Source: Gammaproteobacteria bacterium
Lineage (GTDB): Bacteria; Pseudomonadota; Gammaproteobacteria; Arenicellales; JAANXG01
Direction: 5' to 3'
NCBI GenBank assembly: GCA_024639325.1
Contig: JAHEIO010000009.1
Location: 14 to 64,013, forward strand
DNA: 64,000 nucleotides
Shown piece by piece: positions 36,260 through 45,324 of the stretch. The notes under the pieces were generated by a model. It had not been told where the DNA came from and did not search any database. It was given only the letters and a program-made list of their open reading frames with translations. Positions within the stretch are counted from its first letter, which is position 1; each line of letters starts with the position of its first letter. Made by a program: the position numbers and the translations under genes.

Positions 36260-37345
36260 ATGCCGCCGGAACCGATACTTCGCCTTGAAAATATCGTCAA
36301 GCGCTTCGGCGCCTTTACGGCGCTCCACCATATTGATCTGGAAATCGATGAAGGCGAGTTTCTGACCATAGTCGGGCCGTCCGGCTGCGGTAAAACCACC
36401 CTGATCCGACTGCTGGTTGGAATCGATGAACCGACAGAAGGCCGAATCTGGTTGCGCGACAAGCGCATAGAAAAAGTGCCCGCAAATCTGCGGCCGACCT
36501 GCATGGTGTTTCAGTCGCTGGCGCTGTTCCCGCATCGTTCCGTGGGAGAAAACATAGAATTTCCATTGAAGATTCGCGGTGAGACTGCGTCTCGGCGCAA
36601 GGAACGGGCGCTAGAGCTGCTCGACCTGCTTCATTTGCCCCACGATTTCTATGACAAAAGGATCAACCAGTGCTCGGGCGGAGAGCGTCAGCGGATTGCG
36701 CTGGCACGGGCGTTGGCGTTCGATCCGGAAATCTTGTTCTTCGACGAACCGCTTTCAGCACTGGATTTCCGCTTGCGCAAAAAACTGGAAAAGGAACTCA
36801 AGGATCTTCACGAACGCACGGGCAAAACTTTCGTGTACATTACCCACAGCCTGGAAGAGGCGATGGTCATGTCAGACCGAATCGCCATCATGAGACAGGG
36901 GCGCTTCGAGCAGATCGCCGTGACGGACGAGATTTATGCGCGTCCGATCAGCAGGTTCGTGGCCGAGTTCATGGGCGAGGTGAATCTGTTCGACGTGGAG
37001 GGAACGGCTTCGGGCGGCCTGCGCGGGCGAGGTGTGGAAATACAAGCCAACGCCACGGGTGGGGGTACGGAGCTCACTTTGCCGCAAGGGACGCAAGGCG
37101 CCCTGATGGTGCGTCCGGAGTCGGTGCGATTTCTCCACCCGGGCCAAACCGCGGATTTTATCGTGCGGGGGATTCTACGCGCGTCCTACGCGCTTGGTTC
37201 CCGCACGCAGTACAAGGTCGAATCCTCCGAAGGAATCGAACTCGCGGTGGAAAAGCTCAGGCAGGACCGGTTTATGGGAAACGTGGGGGACGAGGTCGTG
37301 CTGGGTTTCGATATGCAGAACACGCATATGATCAGGGAGCGCTAG
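36260..37345 (+). CDS. ABC transporter ATP-binding protein (PotA-like, with C-terminal TOBE-like domain)
   Basis: Walker A GPSGCGKTT, signature CSGGERQR, Walker B ILFFDEPLSALD. 361 aa. Confidence 0.9.
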   Translation: MPPEPILRLENIVKRFGAFTALHHIDLEIDEGEFLTIVGPSGCGKTTLIRLLVGIDEPTEGRIWLRDKRIEKVPANLRPTCMVFQSLALFPHRSVGENIEFPLKIRGETASRRKERALELLDLLHLPHDFYDKRINQCSGGERQRIALARALAFDPEILFFDEPLSALDFRLRKKLEKELKDLHERTGKTFVYITHSLEEAMVMSDRIAIMRQGRFEQIAVTDEIYARPISRFVAEFMGEVNLFDVEGTASGGLRGRGVEIQANATGGGTELTLPQGTQGALMVRPESVRFLHPGQTADFIVRGILRASYALGSRTQYKVESSEGIELAVEKLRQDRFMGNVGDEVVLGFDMQNTHMIRER

Positions 37346-37349
37346 CGGT

Positions 37350-38204
37350 TTGGAACGTTCAGACCGCAAAATCGGCTTTCTGAGCGCCGTTCCGATCACC
37401 GTGATCCTGATGCTCAGCTTCACGGCGCCTCTGCTGGTGGTCCTGCTGTTTTCCGTGATGCCTCCGAAGGTGTTTACCCTTGCTCACGTGCCGGACTTTT
37501 CGTCCTACGGCGTGCTCTTCAGCCAGGGCTACTACCGGTCCCTGCTCTGGTCCCTTGGCACGGCGCTGGCGGCAACGGTCCTGTTGTTTCTGATTTGCTG
37601 GCCGCTGGCTTTTGCCATGGCCAAGGTGTTCAAGGGATTCACTCTGTTCATTACCGTCGCCGTGGTAATCACCCTGTTCGTGTCCGAGAATATCAGGTTG
37701 TTCGGTTGGGTTCTTACCCTGATGAAGGGGGGGTTGATCGAAGGGCATCTCCGGGCATGGGTGGGCTGGAGTTTCGAGGGCGCGCTCTACAACGTTCCCG
37801 TGATCATCTTCGGACTGGTTTACGTCTATTTTCCGTTCATGCTGTTTCCTCTGGTCCAGGGGATTTCAATGGTCCCGGATGACGCGCGCCAGGCGGCGGC
37901 GGACCTGGGCGCAACCAGACGGCAGATATTCTGGGAAGTCGATCTACCGCTGTCGGCGCCGGGCATCGTCATCGGATCGCTGCTGACATTCGTGCTGGGT
38001 GCGGGGGCACTGGCCGAATCCAAGCTGCTTGGCGGTCAGGCGGTTATCGTTATCGCCGATGAGATCGAAACGGCTTTCACCTACGGTCAGAACTGGCCTT
38101 TGGGATCGGCCTTATCGATCATACTCATCATTATTATCGGGTCTTTGGCGGTGTTCGGGGTCAGCCGGGTGGATCTGGACAAGATAATGGGCAGGCGGCG
38201 CTGA
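37350..38204 (+). CDS. ABC transporter permease (PotB-like)
   Basis: 284 aa with 6 TM segments and an EAA-type loop DDARQAAADLGATRRQIFWEV. TTG start 4 nt after the upstream stop. Confidence 0.85.
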   Translation: MERSDRKIGFLSAVPITVILMLSFTAPLLVVLLFSVMPPKVFTLAHVPDFSSYGVLFSQGYYRSLLWSLGTALAATVLLFLICWPLAFAMAKVFKGFTLFITVAVVITLFVSENIRLFGWVLTLMKGGLIEGHLRAWVGWSFEGALYNVPVIIFGLVYVYFPFMLFPLVQGISMVPDDARQAAADLGATRRQIFWEVDLPLSAPGIVIGSLLTFVLGAGALAESKLLGGQAVIVIADEIETAFTYGQNWPLGSALSIILIIIIGSLAVFGVSRVDLDKIMGRRR

Positions 38205-39016
38205 TGCGGATCGGCCGAGCGACACGGATTGCACTCTATCTCTATGGCGTTCTTGTCATAGCGTTTCTGTATCTTCCTCTCCTGTCAGTGGGATTTGCTT
38301 CGGTGTCCAAGGCGCGGTACCTGACATTTCCCATAAAACGCTACGCTTTTCAGTGGTACGGCAAGGCGCTGGAGAGCTACACCGTCCAGGATCTGCTGTG
38401 GACGTCGTTGAGCATTGCCGGCATCGTGACCGTGATTAGCATGATCGTCGGTTTTTTCGGTGCCTTGGCGTTCGCCAGGTATCAGTGGCGTTTTCGCGGC
38501 GTGTTCCAGAAGCTCATCCTGTTGCCCATCTTTTTCCCCCAGGCCGTCCTTGGGCTGGCCTTGTTGATGTGGTTCAACTCGATTGGCATCATTCCGGACT
38601 GGAAGACGGCGGTGGTGGCTCATCTCGTCTGGATATCGCCGATTGCGACGCTGGTCATCGCAATTCGTGCGTACAGTTTTGATCCCGCGCTTGAAGAGGC
38701 CGCCCGCGACATGGGAGCCTCGACCTGGGTGGTATTGAAGGAGGTAACCGGACCGCTGCTGATGCCGGGTGTGATTTCGGCGGGATTGTTTTCATTCCTG
38801 TTGAGCTGGGGAAACTTCCCTTTGTCATTGTTTACAACCGGGGCCGATTCAACATTGCCGGAATGGCTTTATGCCAAGATGGTGTCGGGTTATTCCCCGC
38901 TGGTGCCCACCGTGGGCATACTTTCCATCGCGACGTCGATGATACTCTTGATCGTCGCGTTTACTATTTACTGGTTCGTCCGCTCGGCTCGCGAAAGGGG
39001 TGCGCGGATCATTTGA
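38204..39016 (+). CDS. ABC transporter permease (PotC-like)
   Basis: 270 aa with 6 TM segments and an EAA-type loop LEEAARDMGASTWVVLKEV. The ATG overlaps the upstream TGA by 1 nt. Confidence 0.85.
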   Translation: MRIGRATRIALYLYGVLVIAFLYLPLLSVGFASVSKARYLTFPIKRYAFQWYGKALESYTVQDLLWTSLSIAGIVTVISMIVGFFGALAFARYQWRFRGVFQKLILLPIFFPQAVLGLALLMWFNSIGIIPDWKTAVVAHLVWISPIATLVIAIRAYSFDPALEEAARDMGASTWVVLKEVTGPLLMPGVISAGLFSFLLSWGNFPLSLFTTGADSTLPEWLYAKMVSGYSPLVPTVGILSIATSMILLIVAFTIYWFVRSARERGARII

Positions 39017-39038
39017 CACCAATTACGGAGGTGCTGAT

Positions 39039-39818
39039 ATGTTGACATCCATCAAGGATCGTTCGGTCATCGTTACCGGCGGTTCCAAAGGTATAGGTAA
39101 GGGCATCGCCCAGGTGTTTGCCGCGCAGGGGGCCAAGGTCATGATCGCCGCGCGGGGCGAAGTGGCCGGCGCCGCCGCCGCCGCCGAATTACAGGCGGCC
39201 GGTGGAACGGCGGATTTCTGCCGGTGCGACGTCTCCGACTGGGACTCCGTGCAGCACCTTGTGGACAGGACGGTTGACGCTTTCGGCGGACTCGACGTCA
39301 TGTGTGCGAACGCCGGGGCCTTTCCCCAGACCAAAATGATCGATATGGATCCCGAGGAGTGGGACGACGTCATGGCTACTAATCTCAAGAGCGCATTTCT
39401 GTGCGTCAAGGCCTGTATCCCGCAGTTCGACAAAGCGGGCGGAGGCCGAGTAGTCTTGACGTCTTCCATTACCGGTCCGGTTACGGGCTATCCCGGTTGG
39501 TCGCACTACGGTGCATCGAAATCCGGACAGCTGGGTTTTTTGAAAACCGCGTGCATGGAACTGTCAAAATACAACGTTACCATCAACGCGGTGATGCCGG
39601 GCAACATCTACACCGAGGGGCTGAAGGATCTGGGCCAGGATTATCTGAACACCATGGCGGCCTCAATTCCGCTCAAGCGGCTCGGCGACGTCAAGGATAT
39701 TGGCAACGCCGCTCTGTTCTTCGCCTCTGACGAAGCGGGGTACATCACCGGCCAGACCATGGTGGTCGATGGCGGCCAGATCATACCCGAGTCCCTGGAA
39801 GCCATCGAGGAAATCTGA
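39039..39818 (+). CDS. short-chain dehydrogenase/reductase (candidate amino-ketone / amino-alcohol dehydrogenase)
   Basis: GGAGG RBS before ATG 39039. TGGSKGIGKG cofactor motif, NAG, and the catalytic YGASK. Confidence 0.85.
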   Translation: MLTSIKDRSVIVTGGSKGIGKGIAQVFAAQGAKVMIAARGEVAGAAAAAELQAAGGTADFCRCDVSDWDSVQHLVDRTVDAFGGLDVMCANAGAFPQTKMIDMDPEEWDDVMATNLKSAFLCVKACIPQFDKAGGGRVVLTSSITGPVTGYPGWSHYGASKSGQLGFLKTACMELSKYNVTINAVMPGNIYTEGLKDLGQDYLNTMAASIPLKRLGDVKDIGNAALFFASDEAGYITGQTMVVDGGQIIPESLEAIEEI

Positions 39819-39850
39819 CTTCATCACGGATCGTTAGCCGGGATACGACA

Positions 39851-40858
39851 ATGCCAGAAAGTGCCACGCCTTACGATGTAATGATAGAGCGCCTGGGCGT
39901 TCTTGCCAATCAGTCCCTCGGGCTATGGGATTTGCCGGAGGGCGCAACGGCGCGCCTGATCAACGTATCGGAAAATGCCACCTACCTCGTCGAGGCTCCG
40001 AACGGGTTCAAATCGATTCTTCGAGTGCATCGCGAAGACTATCACACACGCAACGCAATCAGTTGCGAGCACGCCTGGTCCAAAGCGCTCGACGAAGAGG
40101 GCGGGGTCCACACTCCGGATATTCTTCCGGGCCGTGACGGCAGCGGCATCCAGACCGCTTCGGTGGATGGTTTACCCGGCGAACGCCACATGGCCATGTT
40201 CGAGTTCCTGGAAGGCGAACATCCCGAAGAGGACGCGGACCACCTGGTGGAGTCGTTCGAGGAATTGGGCGAGATAGCCGCACGGACGCACAATCATTCC
40301 GTGGCATGGGTGCGCCCGGCCAATTTCGAACGGCTCGTTTGGGACCTCGACACCGTATTCGGTCCGCGGGCGTACTGGGGTGACTGGCGAGATGCGCCCG
40401 GCGTAACGGAGCAGATAAAATCGCTGCTCGAGCGGCTTCAGTCCGTCGTCGTTCGGCGCTTGACAGAATTTGGCAAAGGGGCTGAGCGATTCGGCCTGAT
40501 CCACGCCGACATGCGGCTGGCCAACCTGATCATAAGCGACGGAACAACCAGGCTCATCGATTTCGATGATTGCGGGCTGGGTTGGTTCATGTATGACTTC
40601 GCTGCCGGGATCAGCTTCATGGAGGACCATCCACAGATACCCGCTCTGAAGGACGCGTGGGTTCGGGGTTACAGAAAAGTACGCGGGCTGAGCGCCGCAG
40701 ATGAAGATGAGATCGATACCTTCGTCATGCTGCGCCGCCTGGCCCTGCTGGCCTGGATAGGCTCCCATATCGAGGTCGATACGGCAAAGGAGCTTGCACC
40801 CGCATTCGCACCCGTCACGGCGGAGTTGGCGGAAATTTATCTTGCCCATCAGGAATGA
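39851..40858 (+). CDS. APH/choline-kinase-fold phosphotransferase (candidate amino-alcohol kinase)
   Basis: Brenner motif HADMRLANL and the metal-binding IDFDD. 335 aa. It occupies the same position and has the same fold as the amino-propanol kinase of RMM-type BMC loci (established literature). Confidence 0.8.
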   Translation: MPESATPYDVMIERLGVLANQSLGLWDLPEGATARLINVSENATYLVEAPNGFKSILRVHREDYHTRNAISCEHAWSKALDEEGGVHTPDILPGRDGSGIQTASVDGLPGERHMAMFEFLEGEHPEEDADHLVESFEELGEIAARTHNHSVAWVRPANFERLVWDLDTVFGPRAYWGDWRDAPGVTEQIKSLLERLQSVVVRRLTEFGKGAERFGLIHADMRLANLIISDGTTRLIDFDDCGLGWFMYDFAAGISFMEDHPQIPALKDAWVRGYRKVRGLSAADEDEIDTFVMLRRLALLAWIGSHIEVDTAKELAPAFAPVTAELAEIYLAHQE

Positions 40859-40888
40859 GCGATCGCCGCCGAGCGCTTCGACTACCAA

Positions 40889-40914
40889 TGTCAATTCGCC
40901 GCAGTTAGTGTCAA
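40889..40914 (+). promoter_or_regulatory. second pair of direct TGTCAA repeats (20-bp spacing) in the 253-nt gap upstream of the aminotransferase-AldDh-shell genes
   Basis: TGTCAA at 40889-40894 and 40909-40914, in the same orientation as the pair at 34929/34950. Confidence 0.35.
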
Positions 40915-41111
40915 GTTTCAAAGCCGCGCCTGTGCCACGCTAGATCTCGGAATGCATCGAGGCGGCGCCGTCTGGGCACTTTTCGCGGTCACATCACTTC
41001 ATCCTTCGGCAAGCCGTGACCATGCCGCGGCACCTGCGGCAAAGTGCCTTTAACGTCGTCAGGCCGCATCGATGCCGCCGCGCACTGGGTAACGAACCGG
41101 GAGGCAACACC

Positions 41112-42383
41112 ATGAGCGAAGCAAAACTCGAATTCCTGGATAGATCGAGGGCATTCTGGAATCCCGGGAAGACGCAGGATTGGCAGGACATGGGCGTCGA
41201 CCTCGTGATCGACCGGCGGGAGGGATATTACCTGTTCGATATGGATGGACGGCGCCTTATCGATCTGCATTTGAATGGAGGCACGTACAATTTGGGCCAT
41301 CGGAATCCTGAACTGGTGGAGGCGCTGAAGGCCGGCAGTGCCCGTTTCGATATGGGTAATCACCATTTCCCCGCACTTGCCCGCACCGCGCTGGCCGAAG
41401 CGCTTGCAGCCTGCGCACCGGCACCGAATATGGTGTACACCGCGTACGGTTCGGGTGGTGGTGAAGCCATCGATATTGCCATCAAAACCGCCCGCCACGC
41501 CAAGCAAAGACGCAAGATCGTGTCCATCGTCAAGGCCTACCACGGGCACACGGGTCTGGCGCTGAAAACCGGTGACGACCGGTTTTCCAAACTGTTTCTG
41601 TCAGAGGATACGCTGGGTGAGTTCGTGCAGGTCCCGTTCAACGACCTCAATGCCATGGAAGATGCCCTGCGCGGGCGGGACGTCGCAGCCGTAATCATGG
41701 AAACCATCCCGGCAACCTACGGTTTTCCGATGCCGCAGGAGGGTTATCTGCCCAATGTCAAGAAGCTCTGCGAAAAGTACGATGCCCTGTACATTGCCGA
41801 CGAGGTTCAGACGGGCCTGATGCGATGCGGTGAGCTCTGGGCATGCACGAAATACGGCATCGAGCCGGACATCATGGTGACGGGCAAGGGCATCGGCGGC
41901 GGCATGTATCCGATCGCCTGCACCTGTATCGGTGAGCATTGCGGCGGCTGGCTGACTGAAGATGGATTCGGCCACATCTCCACCGGCGGCGGCGCCGAAC
42001 TCGGTTGCATCGTGGCGATGAAAGTCCTCGAGATCGTGCAGCGCCCGGAAGTGAGGACCATGGTTCGATACGTTTCCGACTACATGCGCGCGGGGCTGGA
42101 CCGGATCATGACCGAGTACCCCGACTTCTTCATTGGGATCCGTCAGCACGGCGTCGTGATGGGCCTCGAGTTCAATCACGAGCAGGGAGCAAAACCGGTG
42201 ATGAAAAACCTATACGACAACGGCGTGTGGGCTATTTTTTCGACCCTCGATCCACGCGTGCTGCAGTTCAAGCCAGGCCTGCTCATGACCCAGGCCGACT
42301 GTGAAGAAGTATTGCGGCGGGTCGAGATCGGCATCGGTCTCGCCCGGGATGAAGTCATGGGCCGCCACAGGAAGAGCGCCTGA
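41112..42383 (+). CDS. class-III aminotransferase-fold PLP enzyme (candidate amino-alcohol-phosphate phospho-lyase)
   Basis: Start ATG 41112 (MSEAKLEF). ADEVQTGLMRCG and VTGKGIGGG (PLP-Lys region). About 423 aa. Phospho-lyases of amino-alcohol phosphates share this fold. Confidence 0.8.
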   Translation: MSEAKLEFLDRSRAFWNPGKTQDWQDMGVDLVIDRREGYYLFDMDGRRLIDLHLNGGTYNLGHRNPELVEALKAGSARFDMGNHHFPALARTALAEALAACAPAPNMVYTAYGSGGGEAIDIAIKTARHAKQRRKIVSIVKAYHGHTGLALKTGDDRFSKLFLSEDTLGEFVQVPFNDLNAMEDALRGRDVAAVIMETIPATYGFPMPQEGYLPNVKKLCEKYDALYIADEVQTGLMRCGELWACTKYGIEPDIMVTGKGIGGGMYPIACTCIGEHCGGWLTEDGFGHISTGGGAELGCIVAMKVLEIVQRPEVRTMVRYVSDYMRAGLDRIMTEYPDFFIGIRQHGVVMGLEFNHEQGAKPVMKNLYDNGVWAIFSTLDPRVLQFKPGLLMTQADCEEVLRRVEIGIGLARDEVMGRHRKSA

Positions 42384-43954
42384 TGGAACCCCAAGCGAGG
42401 ACCCTGGTCGATATATCGGGCAGCCACGCCGCGCTGGCGGGACGCGCCGACATGGTGCTGGAAAGGGCGCGCTGGGCGGCGGAAGTTTTCCAGCGTTATG
42501 ATCGTGAGTCGACCATGGCGATAGCCGATGCCGTTGCCGCGGCGGCACACGATAGCGCCGAAAGATTCGCCGACTGGGCGGTGCGGGAAACGGGATTCGG
42601 CGTTGCTGCACACAAGAAACTTAAGAACCAGTTGACGTCCCGGCCTTTGGTGGATTTTTATCGAAACGACGACTACGTCAATCCGCGCATCGACGAGGCG
42701 CGAAAGATCGTCGAGATCCCCCGGCCCGCCGGCGTAATCCTGGCGCTTACTCCTTCGACCAACCCCATAGCCACGCTCAACTACAAGGTTCTGATCTCGC
42801 TGATGACGCGCAACGCGATCGTTATCAGCCCGCATCCGGCGGCGCGCGAATGCAGCGTCGATGCGGCCCGCGCACTCGGCGAGGCCGCGATGGATGCGGG
42901 CGCCCCCGACGGCGCCATCCAGATCATAGAGAATCCCGGCATTCCTCTAGTCGAAGAACTCATGGTGTCGCCCAAGACCTCGGTGATCCTCGCCACCGGC
43001 GGCACGGCGATGGTGCGTTCCGCCTACTCGTCGTCGAATCCGGCAATTGGCGTCGGACCCGGCAACGCACCGGTGTTCGTTGATTCAACCGCGGACATCG
43101 ACAAGGCGGCAAAGCGTATCGTGGAGTCGAAATCTTTCGACAACTCGGCGTTGTGTACGAACGAGAGCGTCCTGATTACCCTGGAAGACGTCGATGCGCG
43201 CTTGCGCCGTTCGTTCAAGCAGGCAAAGGCTTACATTTGCGACGCCGACGACGTCGACCGCTTGCGACGGTATTTGTTTCACGATCGTGGATTCAATATC
43301 GAATGCATTGGTCGGGATGCCGCGTGGATTGCACAGGAATGCGGTATCCGTGTACCCGACGGCACGCTGGTTCTGCTGGCGCCTATTGCGCAGATTGGCG
43401 TTGAGGAGCCGCTTTCGAGGGAGAAACTGTGTCCGGTGCTTGCCTATCATGTGGTCAAGCGCCGCAACCAGGCGATCACGCAGGCTCGCGCGGTGCTGCG
43501 CCTTGCCGGCGCCGGCCACTCCGCCGCCGTGCACGCCATGGACGAGCAGGTGGCGATGGCATTTGCGTCCGCGGTGGAGGCTTATCGGGTCGTCGTGAAT
43601 ACCCCCTGTACCCAGGGCGCCGCCGGTTTTCAGACCGCGCTGGCACCTACTTTCACCGTGGGCACCGGATTTTACGGCCGCAGTTCAATTGGAGAGAATA
43701 TAGGGCCAGGACACCTCGTGCACTGGACTCGCCTGGCCTATAACTCGGATGCGTCTGAATATTTCGGCAACTACCGCGGGTTGAAACCGGGTTTCAGCGG
43801 CCCGCTGCCCGAGGCGCCCTCCGACGGTGTGCCGGGATCCAACGGATACCGGGCGAGACGCGCGGAAGCCGATGCCGGTGTTTTTTCCGGCGTAACGCGT
43901 GAGGAGTTGCGGCGCATGATTGCCGAAGAACTTCGCGCGGTGCTTAGGAAGTAG
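42383..43954 (+). CDS. CoA-acylating aldehyde dehydrogenase (EutE/PduP-type) with C-terminal encapsulation-peptide-like tail
   Basis: ILATGGTAMVRSAYSSSNPAIGVGPGNAPV and the catalytic-Cys segment FDNSALCTNES. A Pro/Gly-rich linker is followed by the amphipathic TREELRRMIAEELRAVLRK at the C-terminus. The ATG overlaps the upstream TGA. Confidence 0.9.
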   Translation: MEPQARTLVDISGSHAALAGRADMVLERARWAAEVFQRYDRESTMAIADAVAAAAHDSAERFADWAVRETGFGVAAHKKLKNQLTSRPLVDFYRNDDYVNPRIDEARKIVEIPRPAGVILALTPSTNPIATLNYKVLISLMTRNAIVISPHPAARECSVDAARALGEAAMDAGAPDGAIQIIENPGIPLVEELMVSPKTSVILATGGTAMVRSAYSSSNPAIGVGPGNAPVFVDSTADIDKAAKRIVESKSFDNSALCTNESVLITLEDVDARLRRSFKQAKAYICDADDVDRLRRYLFHDRGFNIECIGRDAAWIAQECGIRVPDGTLVLLAPIAQIGVEEPLSREKLCPVLAYHVVKRRNQAITQARAVLRLAGAGHSAAVHAMDEQVAMAFASAVEAYRVVVNTPCTQGAAGFQTALAPTFTVGTGFYGRSSIGENIGPGHLVHWTRLAYNSDASEYFGNYRGLKPGFSGPLPEAPSDGVPGSNGYRARRAEADAGVFSGVTREELRRMIAEELRAVLRK

Positions 43955-43963
43955 GCGGACAGC

Positions 43964-44575
43964 ATGGCGGAACTGCGTTCGTTCATTTTTATAGATCAGT
44001 TGCAGCCGCAGACGCTGGCCTATATCGCGACCTGGATGCGGGGTTCATTGCCGCGTCGAAACATGGCCGCACAAATTATCGAGGTATCGCCCGGACTGGA
44101 TATCGAGGCGCTGACCGATGTTGCACTCAAGGGCGCCAACATCAAAGTCGGACTGCTCGTAGTCGAGCGCCAGTATGGGTACTTGGAGTTTCACTCCCGA
44201 TCCACCGCCGAGGTCAAGGCCGGCGCGCAGGCCCTGCTGGATGCGCTGGGCGCGAGCGTCGAGGATGCCACGCCACCACAGATTCTCGGTTCCAAGGTCG
44301 TTACTCGCGTCGACCACCAGCATGCCTTTCTGATCAATCGCAACAAGCTTGGTTCCATGGTGCTTGGCAACGAGTCGCTGTACCTGCTGGAGTGTCGTCC
44401 CGCGTCTTACGCCATTTTGGCCTGCAACGAAGCGGAGAAAGAAGCCAACATCAAAGTCATCGACTACCGAATGATCGGCGCCAACGGGCGGCTCTATCTC
44501 TCCGGCGACGAGGCCGAGATCCGAAATGCGCGCAGCGTAGCCGAGGCTGTACTTCACGAAGGCGGGGTGGCCTAG
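43964..44575 (+). CDS. tandem BMC-domain shell protein (BMC-T type) 1
   Basis: 203 aa with two BMC-like halves (IIEVSPGLDIEALTDVALKGANIKV... and LLECRPASYAILACNEAEKEANIKV...). The N-terminus MAELRSFIFIDQLQPQ is as I recall for RMM-locus BMC-T proteins. Confidence 0.8.
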   Translation: MAELRSFIFIDQLQPQTLAYIATWMRGSLPRRNMAAQIIEVSPGLDIEALTDVALKGANIKVGLLVVERQYGYLEFHSRSTAEVKAGAQALLDALGASVEDATPPQILGSKVVTRVDHQHAFLINRNKLGSMVLGNESLYLLECRPASYAILACNEAEKEANIKVIDYRMIGANGRLYLSGDEAEIRNARSVAEAVLHEGGVA

Positions 44576-44578
44576 GAA

Positions 44579-45028
44579 ATGGTCGACGAACTGCGCCAGG
44601 CGATCCGAAGCATTCTGCTCGAGGAGCTTGCTGCACATGGAGTCGGGCCGACTCCGCAGTCCGCGCCGGGGATTCACGTCGAGGAGGTCGAGATCAATTC
44701 CGACGTAGACCTGGCACAATTCGTTCGACGCTTGCTGCAGCTCGCCCGCGACGGCGGCGCACTCTCGGCAATCGAATCGGGGCGCCACGTATTCAGGTTG
44801 CGCACAGCCAGTGCCCCGCAGCGGTCGGTGCAACCGCCGGTGGCATCCAGTCGAACGCCGGTTGGCGGTACGATGACGTTCGACGCGGGCCTCATCACTG
44901 AAAAACAGGTTCGCAATCTTCCTGAAAATATCTCAGTGGTAAGGGTGGGCGGCAGCGTGCGGCTCACGCCGCTGGCCAGCGATGCCATGCGGCGCGCGGG
45001 GATTAAAATAGAAAAGGTGACATCATGA
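44579..45028 (+). CDS. BMC-associated protein of unknown function with N-terminal encapsulation-peptide-like helix
   Basis: 149 aa: an amphipathic MVDELRQAIRSILLEELAA, then a Pro/Ser-rich linker, then a ~50-aa C-terminal module LITEKQVRNLPENISVVRVGGSVRLTPLASDAMRRAGIKIEKV. The start is 3 nt after the BMC-T stop and the end overlaps the BMC-P start (ATGA). Confidence 0.7.
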   Translation: MVDELRQAIRSILLEELAAHGVGPTPQSAPGIHVEEVEINSDVDLAQFVRRLLQLARDGGALSAIESGRHVFRLRTASAPQRSVQPPVASSRTPVGGTMTFDAGLITEKQVRNLPENISVVRVGGSVRLTPLASDAMRRAGIKIEKVTS

Positions 45029-45267
45029 TTCGTGGACGCATAACGGGCCGAATCTGGTCCAGCAAACACATCGAAACCCTGCCCAACGGAGCGCTTCTTG
45101 AAGTGACTCTCGATACCGGCGGCAGTCTGATCGCGCTGGATCCGCTCGGATGCGCCGAAGGTGAAGCCGTTCTCGTGACTCAGGGCTCGGTTGCCGCGGG
45201 CTACTTTACCAAGTCCAAAGCACCGATAGATGCGCTGATCATCGGGTCTATCGATGAACAGGGCTGA
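45025..45267 (+). CDS. BMC-P pentameric vertex protein (EutN/CcmL family)
   Basis: 80 aa. MIRGRITGRIWSSKHIETLPNGALLEV...ALDPLGCAEGEAVLVTQGSVAA...PIDALIIGSID is collinear with EutN/CcmL. Confidence 0.9.
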   Translation: MIRGRITGRIWSSKHIETLPNGALLEVTLDTGGSLIALDPLGCAEGEAVLVTQGSVAAGYFTKSKAPIDALIIGSIDEQG

Positions 45268-45324
45268 CCCAGGCGCAGCTATATTGTCAACGGCCAACAG
45301 GCCACAACTTTAGGAGAACACAAC

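Noticed and set aside
44045-44833. 262-aa ORF antisense to BMC-T 1 and the 149-aa protein.
   Set aside because: It overlaps the shell gene, which has clear BMC-domain similarity. Its sequence is low-information. I treat it as a shadow ORF rather than a hidden antisense gene.
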